The notes beneath the pieces are model-generated. The model saw nothing but the letters and a program-made list of their open reading frames with translations, was not told where the DNA came from and made no database searches. Of a stretch of DNA of 64,000 bases, positions 38,389 to 47,296 are shown piece after piece. The translations under genes were made by a program, and so were the position numbers. This stretch comes from Candidatus Gottesmanbacteria bacterium UBA6580 (lineage in GTDB: Bacteria > Patescibacteriota > Microgenomatia > UBA10105 > UBA927): positions 107,185 through 171,184 of the forward strand of contig DJJA01000003.1 in the NCBI GenBank assembly GCA_002433895.1, in the 5' to 3' direction. How positions within the stretch are numbered: position 1 is the stretch's first letter; every line of letters starts with the position of its first letter.

Positions 38389-40221
38389 ATGGTAGATCAC
38401 ATTCGACCGGTAACTGCTTCGGTGGTCGCGCTTGCGACAGAGACGAAATGGGGGCAGGTGCTTCAGACGCCCCATGCGTACGGAGTGGTGGAAGTGTATG
38501 TGCCTGATGGGGTGGCGCGCGTCCGTGGGGTGCAGCTTCTGACAAAACTTACCCATGCTTTTGATGCGGCACCGGTGTCCCTTGCCGCGCTCACTGCTAT
38601 TGCGGATGAGGTGATGAGTGATGATATTGTGAGCCTCGTATTACTCGTTCCTGTAGGGAGTACGATATATTTAGTCTCACGCGGCCGTGGGTGTGTGTAT
38701 TTGAAACGCGAAAATAAGCTCGCAAAGCTATTGGAGAATGCAGATTCCCTTTCCGGCAGCGTGCGGCCGGAAGACACCATTATCGCGGCAACAAACGGGT
38801 TTACCCGGACATTAACCCAAGAGGAAATAGTTGGCGTATTTGATCATCTAACACCCACTGAGGTTGCCGAAAAGCTTACGATACGGTTGCATGAACGAAA
38901 CACCGATGAAGGGGGAGCAGCCGCACTTATTTTTCAGGCGGTAGAAGAAGTGGTTACTGATCCGCAAAACGAAGATATACGTGAGGCGATTACCCATGCC
39001 CCCAAGATAAGCAGGACAATTCTCCTTACCCGGGCAAAAGCGATTGGCCGGCGCTTTATGACCGTAAACCAGCGGATGAAGGTGCGCCGGATGGTGACTA
39101 CTATGCGTGCCCGCAACATGCTGTCGCGCCGGCATTTACTGGTGTATACAATCGTCGGGCTGTTTATCATAAGCGTCATACTTGGTATCCGGAGACAGAT
39201 ACTATCCAATACAAAGACAGCGGTGTCCGAAATACTCGTTGAGGCACAACATTCGTTTGATGAGGGGATGGCGCTGTTGGAGTTAAATCCCGTGAAGGGC
39301 CGCGAGCGGTTGGCTGCCGCGCGCGATTTATTGGATCCGGTGATAGCCAAAAAGCTTCGGTCAGAAGAAGGAAAAAAGGCGAAGGAGCTTTACGACGAGG
39401 TAGCGAAAAATCTTACCCGCGCTATGCGGGTGACCAAGGTTGCTCCCGAGTTATATTTTGATATGTCGTTGTTAAAAAGCGGAGCAAAAGCGACCGATTT
39501 GTCGCTTTTTAACGAAGTAATCGGCGTGTTGGACTCCCAGGGAAAAACCGCGTTTACGCTGGGGGCTGTTTCCAAAAAAAGTGACATTGTCGGAGGAGGA
39601 GAAAATTTTTCGGGTAGCACACAGATAGCTGCGTATGGGGATAAATTATATGTATGGACGCCGCAAGGCATACATCAAATCCGTCTATCAGATCAAAAAA
39701 CAGTAGCAAATATCATACCCGCTTCTGATGAGTGGGGAAGTATCGCGGATATGGCCGCGTTTGGAGGAAACATTTACCTTCTCGACACGGGAAAAAGCAG
39801 AATATGGAAATACGTAGCGGCAGAGCAGGGATTTAGCACATTATTTGAATATTTAAATCCCGACACATTGCCTGATTTATCCAGGGCAACCAGCATGTCG
39901 ATAGACGGGTCAGTGTGGCTGGGGACTGCCACAGGCAACATATTGCGGTTTACCGCAGGGAAAGAGAACAGCTACACCCCACAAGGAGCAGATACCGCTT
40001 TAGGCTCATTGCTTATGGTGTATACCGATGATGAAGCGAAGCTGGTGTATGTGCTGGATCCGGAACGCCATCGGGTTGTGGTCTTTGATAAAGACGGATT
40101 GTATATATCCCAATATGTTTGGGAAGCGTCATTTTCTCCTACAAAGATAGTCGCCTCAGAAAGCACAAAAAAGCTGTTTTTGCTTGCGGAAGGCAAAATC
40201 TACACCATTCCGCTACAATAG
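38389..40221 (+). CDS. Membrane protein: degenerate PP2C-like N-terminus, TM, beta-propeller-like C-terminus
   Basis: IYLVSRGRGCVYLKR and EDTIIAATNGF; repeats such as GNIYLLD..RIWKY, VYVLD..RVVVFDKDG. Confidence 0.55.
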   Translation: MVDHIRPVTASVVALATETKWGQVLQTPHAYGVVEVYVPDGVARVRGVQLLTKLTHAFDAAPVSLAALTAIADEVMSDDIVSLVLLVPVGSTIYLVSRGRGCVYLKRENKLAKLLENADSLSGSVRPEDTIIAATNGFTRTLTQEEIVGVFDHLTPTEVAEKLTIRLHERNTDEGGAAALIFQAVEEVVTDPQNEDIREAITHAPKISRTILLTRAKAIGRRFMTVNQRMKVRRMVTTMRARNMLSRRHLLVYTIVGLFIISVILGIRRQILSNTKTAVSEILVEAQHSFDEGMALLELNPVKGRERLAAARDLLDPVIAKKLRSEEGKKAKELYDEVAKNLTRAMRVTKVAPELYFDMSLLKSGAKATDLSLFNEVIGVLDSQGKTAFTLGAVSKKSDIVGGGENFSGSTQIAAYGDKLYVWTPQGIHQIRLSDQKTVANIIPASDEWGSIADMAAFGGNIYLLDTGKSRIWKYVAAEQGFSTLFEYLNPDTLPDLSRATSMSIDGSVWLGTATGNILRFTAGKENSYTPQGADTALGSLLMVYTDDEAKLVYVLDPERHRVVVFDKDGLYISQYVWEASFSPTKIVASESTKKLFLLAEGKIYTIPLQ

Positions 40222-40234
40222 CCCCGGAGCCATC

Positions 40235-40690
40235 ATGAAGATAGTAAACAAAAAAGCATTGTTTGATTACCAAATCCTCGATCGGTTAGAGGCAGGAGTG
40301 AGCCTCACTGGAGCCGAGGTAAAGTCGTTGCGCAGCGGTCACGCGAAGCTCGACGGTTCATTTGTGCGTATTATCGGTACGGAAGCGTACCTTATCAACG
40401 CACAGATATTTCCCTATACCTACGCCAGTCCGCCAGCTGGCGGAGGAACCTATGACCCAAAGCGCACACGGAAGCTACTGTTTCACCGGAAAGAGCTCGT
40501 AAGCCTAAAAAGCAAGATAGATGGCGCTAATTTGACCCTTATTCCTCTGAGCTGGTATACTAAAGGCCCCTTTGTGAAGCTCGAAGTAGGACTTGCCAGA
40601 GGCAAGAAACAATACGAAAAACGGGAGAAAATGCGTCAGGATGTGCAAAAAAGAGAGCTTGAGCGGGACTTCCGGGGGAAAGTGAAATAG
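40235..40690 (+). CDS. smpB: SsrA-binding protein SmpB
   Basis: NKKALFDY, EAGVSLTGAEVKSLR, RTRKLL, ARGKKQYEKRE. Confidence 0.97.
   Translation: MKIVNKKALFDYQILDRLEAGVSLTGAEVKSLRSGHAKLDGSFVRIIGTEAYLINAQIFPYTYASPPAGGGTYDPKRTRKLLFHRKELVSLKSKIDGANLTLIPLSWYTKGPFVKLEVGLARGKKQYEKREKMRQDVQKRELERDFRGKVK
40429..40444. repeat. 16-bp palindrome TCCGCCAGCTGGCGGA inside smpB
   Basis: Perfect palindrome; encodes (S)PPAGG; near-identical copy at 41115-41130. Confidence 0.7.
40532..40561 (+). promoter_or_regulatory. Candidate ssrA promoter internal to smpB
   Basis: TTGACC 40532-40537, 18-nt spacer, TG-G-TATACT (40556-40561), about 130 nt upstream of tmRNA. Confidence 0.5.
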
Positions 40691-41104
40691 GGGATGCATC
40701 AGATCGACGATGCGGGCACGTTAAAAAACAGCAAGCCGGCGATGACAAAAGAGCCGCAAAAATTATTGTCAATTATAATTGCTAATACACTTAGCGAGCT
40801 TGAGGAAAAGTACGCCTACCTTGTAGAACGGCTTATGCTCAAGCGATCACAGTCAGCTTACGCTTACGCGTACGCCAACTAAGATCCATCCCGATTATTC
40901 TTTCGTCTGGTGAGGATTTTTGGGGTGTAAACAAAGCCAGGCCGTCAGGTTACTCATGATCGGGAGTAACCGGAGTATTATTTCGATCAACCCTCTAGAA
41001 AAGTATTTGTCCGCTTTTTTCTTTTCTAGAGAACTAAACGGACTACGCTTGTAGAAGTTTTTGATGTACTCCTTCGGACCCGGGCTCAACACCCGGCATC
41101 TCCA
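40690..41104 (+). ncRNA. ssrA: tmRNA (one-piece)
   Basis: Acceptor stem GGGGATG/CATCTCC-A with G3:U70, TCGAC after D-loop, T-arm CCGGG-CTCAACA-CCCGG; resume context ATAATT-GCT, tag frame 40781-40882; directly after smpB. Confidence 0.93.
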
Positions 41105-41114
41105 CCCATTCGCG

Positions 41115-41130
41115 TCCGCCACCTGGCGGA
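41115..41130. repeat. Palindrome TCCGCCACCTGGCGGA downstream of tmRNA
   Basis: 15/16 identical to the copy in smpB. Confidence 0.7.
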
Positions 41131-41180
41131 TCGGGCAAGCAATGCTGCCTCCTTGTACAATGGTATAAGGAGGCTTTATT

Positions 41181-41867
41181 GTGGCGGTTTTGGACTATAT
41201 CTTCCCGAAACGGTGCCTCAGTTGCGGCAGCGTGGGCGCGTATTTTTGTGCCAGATGCAGACCCGGAGTTCGTCATATTTTACCCACTGAAGCAATATGT
41301 CCCGTGTGTGGGCGGCCGGCAATTGATGGCAAGACACACCCGCGGTGCCGGTCCCGCTACAGTTTGGACGGCCTTACGAGTTTTTTCCGTTACGATGGTA
41401 TCGTAAAGAAAGCGGTCACCTCACTGAAATACCGTGGTGTTTTTGATCTTGCCGCAGCGTTCATTGCGCTTATTTCTTCTGGATATAGCGGGTTGCCGGG
41501 CATTTCCGGTAGGGATGATGTTGTGCTCGTACCTATACCACTTCATACACACCGGCAGAGAACGCGCGGGTTTAATCAGGCAGAGATTTTGGGAAGTACG
41601 CTCGCGCAACGATTGCACATAAAAATGCATACGGGTATACTCAGGCGCATTGCTGATACACCGCCACAGGTTTCTATGCAAGAGCGGAGCGCCCGGTTTA
41701 TAAACCTCCGGCGGGCATTTACGTGTGAAAGCGATGGTTTAGAGCGTTACAACAGTATAATATTGTTAGACGACGTCTACACAACCGGGGCGACCATGCG
41801 ATCTGCGGGACATACGCTAAAGCGGGCAGGCGCGCGTTTTGTGTGGGCGGTGACTATGGCACGATAA
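41181..41867 (+). CDS. comF: ComF-family protein (double zinc ribbon + phosphoribosyltransferase)
   Basis: FPKRCLSC..CARC..CPVC, VPIPLH, RGFNQAE, LLDDVYTTGAT; SD AGGAGG before GTG. Confidence 0.9.
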   Translation: MAVLDYIFPKRCLSCGSVGAYFCARCRPGVRHILPTEAICPVCGRPAIDGKTHPRCRSRYSLDGLTSFFRYDGIVKKAVTSLKYRGVFDLAAAFIALISSGYSGLPGISGRDDVVLVPIPLHTHRQRTRGFNQAEILGSTLAQRLHIKMHTGILRRIADTPPQVSMQERSARFINLRRAFTCESDGLERYNSIILLDDVYTTGATMRSAGHTLKRAGARFVWAVTMAR

Positions 41868-41868
41868 T

Positions 41869-42537
41869 ATGAACAATAGATTATCCGGACAATCCAAAGT
41901 GATCGCGATAGTAGCTGGTGGAGTGATACACAACGGACAACGGAAGGCTATCCGCGCGTCAGATGTCGTTATCGGGGTTGACCGCGGGGCGCTGTGGCTG
42001 GTGCGGCGGGGAATACCTCCTGATATCGCCATAGGCGATTTTGATTCGGTAACGGTCGTGGAAAAAAAACGTATTCACGACATATCCCGCGTGTACATTG
42101 AGTACCTGCCACACAAAGACGTGACGGATCTCGAACTTGCTATAGAAGAGGCAATTCGGCTGCGGGCGAAGGAAGTGCGCATATTTGGGGCATTAGGAAG
42201 GCGGTTTGATCACGCAATGGCAGCAACACAGTTATTGGGGAGGCTAGAGTCGCACAATATTTATGGAATAATTGTGGATAACTTTAATAAAATACATATT
42301 GTGCGTCGTCAATTGACCTTGCCAAAGACGCATGACCTCCGGTACGTTTCGGTAATTCCTCTGCATACACAGGCAACGGTTAGTCTCTCGGGATTTGCCT
42401 ATGATGTGTCGCGCAGAACATTTCATTCTGGTTCTACTTTGGGTATTAGTAACGAAATAGTCGCCAGGTTTGCGACGATCACCGTTCATTCAGGGAAGGT
42501 TTTAATCATTCAAAGCAATGATGTACCGGTTAGGTGA
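41869..42537 (+). CDS. thiN: Thiamine diphosphokinase
   Basis: GVDRGA, PDIAIGDFDS, KDVTDLELA, GALGRRFDH, GISNE. Confidence 0.92.
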   Translation: MNNRLSGQSKVIAIVAGGVIHNGQRKAIRASDVVIGVDRGALWLVRRGIPPDIAIGDFDSVTVVEKKRIHDISRVYIEYLPHKDVTDLELAIEEAIRLRAKEVRIFGALGRRFDHAMAATQLLGRLESHNIYGIIVDNFNKIHIVRRQLTLPKTHDLRYVSVIPLHTQATVSLSGFAYDVSRRTFHSGSTLGISNEIVARFATITVHSGKVLIIQSNDVPVR

Positions 42538-42569
42538 CCCACCGGTTTCTTGGTATAATGACGCGTACG

Positions 42570-42658
42570 GGAGGAGTCGCATAGCCCGGTCCATTGCGAG
42601 GGTTTGCTAAACCCTTGAGCCGATGAGGCTCGCGTGGGTTCGAATCCCACCTCCTCCG
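42570..42658 (+). tRNA. tRNA-Ser(GCT)
   Basis: GGAGGAG/CTCCTCC-G; AGGGT-TTGCTAA-ACCCT; long variable arm; TTCGAAT; TGGTATAAT at 42551. Confidence 0.95.
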
Positions 42659-42682
42659 CCGGGTTTTACATGGTGTGTATTT

Positions 42683-42769
42683 GGAAGGGTCGCATAGTGG
42701 ACTAGTGCACTTGTCTTGAAAACAAGCGTCGGCGCAAGCTGACCGTGGGTTCGAATCCCACCCCTTCCG
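42683..42769 (+). tRNA. tRNA-Ser(TGA)
   Basis: GGAAGGG/CCCTTCC-G; CTTGT-CTTGAAA-ACAAG; long variable arm. Confidence 0.95.
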
Positions 42770-42843
42770 CTCGAAGAGAGGCCTTGTCTCCTTTGCGTGA
42801 GGGTTGTAGGAAATGGATAATACGAGGGGTTGTTGCAGAGACA

Positions 42844-42928
42844 GGAGAGGTCGCATAGTGGCCTAGTGCAGAAGTTTACTAAACTTCCGTATCGCAAGAT
42901 ACCGTGGGTTCAAATCCCACCCTCTCCG
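42844..42928 (+). tRNA. tRNA-Ser(ACT), unusual A34 anticodon
   Basis: GGAGAGG/CCTCTCC-G; GAAGT-TTACTAA-ACTTC; variable arm GTATC-GCAA-GATAC; T-arm GTGGG-TTCAAAT-CCCAC. Confidence 0.9.
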
Positions 42929-42951
42929 CTGATACATACGCGAAGCAGGAG

Positions 42952-44259
42952 CTATCTCCATGGGTACAACCACGTCAGGCTGGTGGCGATTGTGTGCCCC
43001 ACGCGGTTAAACGCCGGAGCAGTGGTATCCGGAAACGCGACTTCATCCTCGGTATATCGCCGCGCTTTAAACAGAAAGTTAATCGGGAAGGCTCCGCTCA
43101 TTTTTGTGGTAAACGGGCTGATGATATCCCAAACGATTTCTTTTTCCGGTGTTACTTCAAATATGTGTCCCCGGGGGCCATCGGTGATAAGTACGTTCCC
43201 GTTGGGAAGCTGTTGTGCCCCGCCGACCAGCGGTCCATAGAAAGCGAGCTTATCCATCACACCCGGCCCTCCGTCAAAAGTCCATGTGACGGTGTTGGTT
43301 TTGGGGTCTATCACTACGACGCGGCTGCCGTATAACGGTATGGGTGACGGGGTTCGGGTGAATCCATTGTCAAATACCATAATAGCACCGTTCGGAAGCA
43401 CGCTTGGATCATGTTGGGTGTTTAGTATTCCTTTCGGTGAACGCCATATTATTTCCCCATCCCGCTTCCGTATAAGTATGACGGTGTTTATGGACCGTAT
43501 GCTCACAAGATATGCCTCTTCTCCATCGATTGGATTTTCCGGAACGTGGCTTATGCCGTTAATATACGTCCAACCCGAGCGGGATAGCGATTGGTCAATG
43601 ATATCTATGGCAGGACGTAGGTGTTCGTGCGCGTGCCAACTCCACACAGTGTTTCCGGCGGGGTCCAGCTCTATTATTTCGTCGGACCATATATCACCCT
43701 TGAGTTCCGTACCAGGAATCCCCCCACGGATTTCCTGTGCAATAGAGCGTGGCAGTTTTTCCCAGCTCGCAAAGGCAATGTTGCCGTTTTGTAAAACCGC
43801 TACATCGTGGTGTGCGGATTCATGAACTATTTCCCGTACTACCCGGGAACTCCAATCAAGCTCTTGAATAACGCCGGTGTTGCCTCCGCCGGGATACATC
43901 TCAGAATACCGGGGAGCCTCCATAGCGACGAGAAGGTGATTATTAGGCAATAGTTGGGCGGATAACACTTGGCGGTCAGTAGTCCAAGAGTGGACTGGCC
44001 GGCCAAGCATATCGGTAAGATATACAGCGCCCTTGTTTTTTGCGTCGGCATTCAGCGCGTTATTATATGGCGCAATGAGCGTATAACCAGCGGAGACACG
44101 GTCAGGGTTGCGGATTGCCGGAGTGTGAAAAATGCTCACGGGAGCTATATACGGCCGTACGATAAAAGCATATATGCCTATATATGCAGCGGCCATGACG
44201 ATAAGGATGGTGAGCGGGCGATTTTTCCGCATGAAAAAGATAAATACTTCATTTATCAT
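42952..44259 (-). CDS. Aryl-sulfate sulfotransferase (ASST)-like protein, membrane-anchored
   Basis: HHD, WSWHAHEHL, TQHDP, VFDNG, GGAQQLPNGNVLIT, EVTPEKEIVW. Confidence 0.8.
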   Translation of the reverse strand: MINEVFIFFMRKNRPLTILIVMAAAYIGIYAFIVRPYIAPVSIFHTPAIRNPDRVSAGYTLIAPYNNALNADAKNKGAVYLTDMLGRPVHSWTTDRQVLSAQLLPNNHLLVAMEAPRYSEMYPGGGNTGVIQELDWSSRVVREIVHESAHHDVAVLQNGNIAFASWEKLPRSIAQEIRGGIPGTELKGDIWSDEIIELDPAGNTVWSWHAHEHLRPAIDIIDQSLSRSGWTYINGISHVPENPIDGEEAYLVSIRSINTVILIRKRDGEIIWRSPKGILNTQHDPSVLPNGAIMVFDNGFTRTPSPIPLYGSRVVVIDPKTNTVTWTFDGGPGVMDKLAFYGPLVGGAQQLPNGNVLITDGPRGHIFEVTPEKEIVWDIISPFTTKMSGAFPINFLFKARRYTEDEVAFPDTTAPAFNRVGHTIATSLTWLYPWR

Positions 44260-44313
44260 ACTGCGTCCTAACCAGAACGCAAATTATGAATAGGCCCTCT
44301 TTTTTATGTGTTG

Positions 44314-45945
44314 TTAATAATGAAACAGCCGTTGTTGTTGTTCCGGGGTTGGCAGAGGAAGGGATTCGGCCGTGTTTTGTGGGTATGATAAGGTTCGGCC
44401 GTTGTTAAACTTGTGGTGGATTTGTTTGAGATACCACACGACAAAAGGGTGTTTGTCTGCGACATTTGTGGTGTCCCATGGATCATTGATGACGTCGTAC
44501 AATTCAATATCCGATGATGAAGTGCCGTCGAGTGACCGTAGGTACATTTTCCAACGCGAAGTGGTGATTGCTCTTTGACGTAACGGCACCGAAGCATTTT
44601 TTGGGTTAAAAGAGTTGTAATATTCTGATATGACCGGCCGAAAAAGCCGTAAGGTTGGCAGCCCCATAACGGCGTCCGAGAGATCCTGTCCCTCAAGCGA
44701 CCGGATGTTCGGTAAACCCAAGAGGCCGACAATTGTGGGATATATGTCAATTATTCCTACTGGTTGGTGAATAACTTTCGGATGTACCTGAGGAACGGAT
44801 AGTATGAGCGGGACGCGAAGCACTCCGCCATAAAGTGACCGGTGCATAAGATCACCGTGCTCCATGAATTCTTCACCGTGATCGGAAGTAATGATAAGGA
44901 TAGTGTCATGCGAAAGCATCGGCTGTAATTGTGCGAGAATATCCGATAGTTGGGTGTCGAGCTGAAAAATTAACTCATCATATAGCGCCTTCATGTACGC
45001 GACATCCTGCGGATTATCTTTTTGTTGGGTATAAAAATATTCGGCTTCCAGACAGTAGTTTTTGCAGTCGCCGCTTGTTAAATCGTTATACAGCCGGCGC
45101 GCGGTTTCATAGTCATCTGTGGCCATATACTTTGAAAAAAGAGATGAAAGATTTTGTGTCATGGGAGGGTTCTGACGGAAAAATCGTTTTGTAAACTCCA
45201 TAAACTCAGGAGTGAAGCTAAAGTATTCGTCTTTTGTCACCGGAATTTTTTGACTACTGTCATTACTGAAGTGGAAGGGCCGAGTTCCAGGTAGGTATGG
45301 TTGGTGGACATAATAGGTGTGGAGAAAAAGAAAAGTCGGTTCACCTTTTTTTCGATTTTCATCCAGTTTATCTATTCCTCTTTTCCAATTATCGAGCCCG
45401 TATTCCCGTTCGTAGTCATATTCGGCATCAATATAGGTAAATCCACGGGCAAAGCCCCTGTTGAGCGGAAGATATTCGCTATCAATAGGTCCGTAGTATA
45501 GCGTAGCGTATCCGGCATTTTTTAGTGTTTCGGCAAGCGTAACACTGGATTGGGGAAGCTGAGAAGTCCCCGCTTCTAGCATGCCGTGGGTAGAAGGATA
45601 TTGTGAAGTGAAAAGGGACATATGGCTAGGTAGGGTGAAATAGCTTTGTGAACTTGCATTGGTAAAGTAGGTATTGCGTTTTGCAAACCCACAAAGGTTC
45701 GGCGCGGTATTTTTCGGGTATCCATAGCAGGGCAGGTGTAAGCCGGATAATGTGTCGAGGGATATGACGACGACATTACAGCGGTCACAAATAGGGGCGC
45801 GAAGCACTTTTTTCTTTAGGGATGCAGGAAGCGCCGTTAGTGTAAGCGCAATGAGGGTTGTGCAAACTACTCCGGTGGCAATCAGGGCGATGAGGCGGAG
45901 GCGTGACCACTTGGTCGTAATGTGTTTTTTCTTTTTTACGGGCAT
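44314..45945 (-). CDS. Sulfatase-like alkaline-phosphatase-superfamily protein (Thr-type motif)
   Basis: NVVVISLDTL, TLPSHMSLFTSQYP, FLFLHTYYVHQPY, TSDHGEEFMEHG; start at ATG 45945. Confidence 0.85.
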   Translation of the reverse strand: MPVKKKKHITTKWSRLRLIALIATGVVCTTLIALTLTALPASLKKKVLRAPICDRCNVVVISLDTLSGLHLPCYGYPKNTAPNLCGFAKRNTYFTNASSQSYFTLPSHMSLFTSQYPSTHGMLEAGTSQLPQSSVTLAETLKNAGYATLYYGPIDSEYLPLNRGFARGFTYIDAEYDYEREYGLDNWKRGIDKLDENRKKGEPTFLFLHTYYVHQPYLPGTRPFHFSNDSSQKIPVTKDEYFSFTPEFMEFTKRFFRQNPPMTQNLSSLFSKYMATDDYETARRLYNDLTSGDCKNYCLEAEYFYTQQKDNPQDVAYMKALYDELIFQLDTQLSDILAQLQPMLSHDTILIITSDHGEEFMEHGDLMHRSLYGGVLRVPLILSVPQVHPKVIHQPVGIIDIYPTIVGLLGLPNIRSLEGQDLSDAVMGLPTLRLFRPVISEYYNSFNPKNASVPLRQRAITTSRWKMYLRSLDGTSSSDIELYDVINDPWDTTNVADKHPFVVWYLKQIHHKFNNGRTLSYPQNTAESLPLPTPEQQQRLFHY

Positions 45946-46200
45946 AATGGCAGTGTAGGAGTAGCGTGTGGTGGCTGTCAACGAAGGGTGTTCGGTTTCC
46001 CGCGCCGCAAAATTTTGTCTCCCGTTTTAAAAAGACCGCCTGCGTTTTTGGAATAATCCAGCATGACCGTTACTAGACATGGCGGTATGCCCCGCCGTGA
46101 GAAGTACGGCGCGGATTATTACCGTATTTTCCGCTCTTCTGTCATCCAATGTATATGTAGGCTGCATTGCAATTTCGGTTCATCTCGGTATACTGAATAT

Positions 46201-46716
46201 ATGAAGACCGCAGCGCAATCAGAGCCGAAAGACGAAGAAGTATATGTGATGTGGAGCTCCCCTTCGCGGCTGTTTAAGAAACGGGACCGGGAATTTTTTG
46301 TTAATATTCTCGCGATCGTATTTTTGTTATCCGTTATTCTTGTTTTTGTCCGGGAATTTGTGCTTATCGCGACGGTATTGTCGATTGTGTTTTTAATCTA
46401 TGTACTCTCCACCGTTCCGCCTGAAGATGTAAAACACCGCATCACTAACCTTGGGATAGAGAGCGCTGGGCATTTTTATCGGTGGGAAGAGTTTGCCGAT
46501 TTTTGGTTTGACGAACAATGGGGACAAAAAATGGCGGTACTCAGGCCATTTATGTCGCCGAGGATTATTATACTTTTGGGTGATCAAAAGCCGGAAAAAA
46601 TCAGAGAATATATCGCGCAGCATATCCCGTTCCGTGAAGAGCCGGATCGGACTTGGGTGGACAATGCCGCACGATGGATATCGGAAAAAATCCCGCTGGA
46701 AAAGCCCCAAGCCTAG
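46201..46716 (+). CDS. Hypothetical two-TM membrane protein
   Basis: WSSPSRLFKKR, two TMs, ITNLGI...YRWEEF; TATACT 6 nt before ATG 46201. Confidence 0.7.
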   Translation: MKTAAQSEPKDEEVYVMWSSPSRLFKKRDREFFVNILAIVFLLSVILVFVREFVLIATVLSIVFLIYVLSTVPPEDVKHRITNLGIESAGHFYRWEEFADFWFDEQWGQKMAVLRPFMSPRIIILLGDQKPEKIREYIAQHIPFREEPDRTWVDNAARWISEKIPLEKPQA

Positions 46717-46756
46717 CCACGATACGCTCTATTGGTGTACAATACGCTAGTATTTC

Positions 46757-46828
46757 GCGCCCATAGTTCAATGGATAGAATAGGAGCTTGCGGAGCTTCT
46801 GATACAGGTTCGACTCCTGTTGGGCGTA
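46757..46828 (+). tRNA. tRNA-Arg(GCG)
   Basis: GCGCCCA/TGGGCGT-A; D-arm GTTC-AATGGATA-GAAT; GGAGC-TTGCGGA-GCTTC; TTCGACT. Confidence 0.93.
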
Positions 46829-46835
46829 CAAGAAT

Positions 46836-47249
46836 ATGATAATTGCTCTCTGCGGCAGCCTTGCTTTTCACAAAGAAATGCGTCTCGCACAGCGGGAGTT
46901 AACGTCGTTCGGTCACCGCGTATTTGTTCCCAAAAGCCTCGATTTGATAGAAAAAGAAGGATTTGTTAAACCTACAACGGTGGATGAACGGCTTCGTGCG
47001 GAAAAAAAATACGATTTCATCCGTGAACACTTCCGTAAAATCACAAAAGCAGATGCGATACTCGTTATAAACCCAACGCATCACGGGGTGAAAGGATACA
47101 TCGGCGGCAATACCTTTTTAGAGATGGGAATCGCGTTTTATTTGGGAAAAACAATTTATCTTATCAATCCGGTACCAAAGATGGACTATGAATTAGAGCT
47201 AGCCGCCATGCACCCTATTGTTCTTGACGGTGATCTCCGCGCTCTCTGA
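46836..47249 (+). CDS. Nucleoside 2-deoxyribosyltransferase-like protein, paralog 1
   Basis: IALCGS, ADAILVIN, GYIGGNTFLEMGIAFYLGK. Confidence 0.6.
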   Translation: MIIALCGSLAFHKEMRLAQRELTSFGHRVFVPKSLDLIEKEGFVKPTTVDERLRAEKKYDFIREHFRKITKADAILVINPTHHGVKGYIGGNTFLEMGIAFYLGKTIYLINPVPKMDYELELAAMHPIVLDGDLRAL

Positions 47250-47296
47250 TTTTTTCAGATCGGCGAGCTTTTGAAGTATAATTGGTGGGTGGTATT

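Noticed and set aside
40694-40882. 62-aa ORF after smpB as a protein-coding gene
   Set aside because: It lies inside the tmRNA; its ATG is part of the acceptor stem and its 3' half is the tag frame.
45946-46200. Small gene or ncRNA in the 255-bp divergent intergenic region
   Set aside because: Only short ORFs without features and one small hairpin; not enough support.
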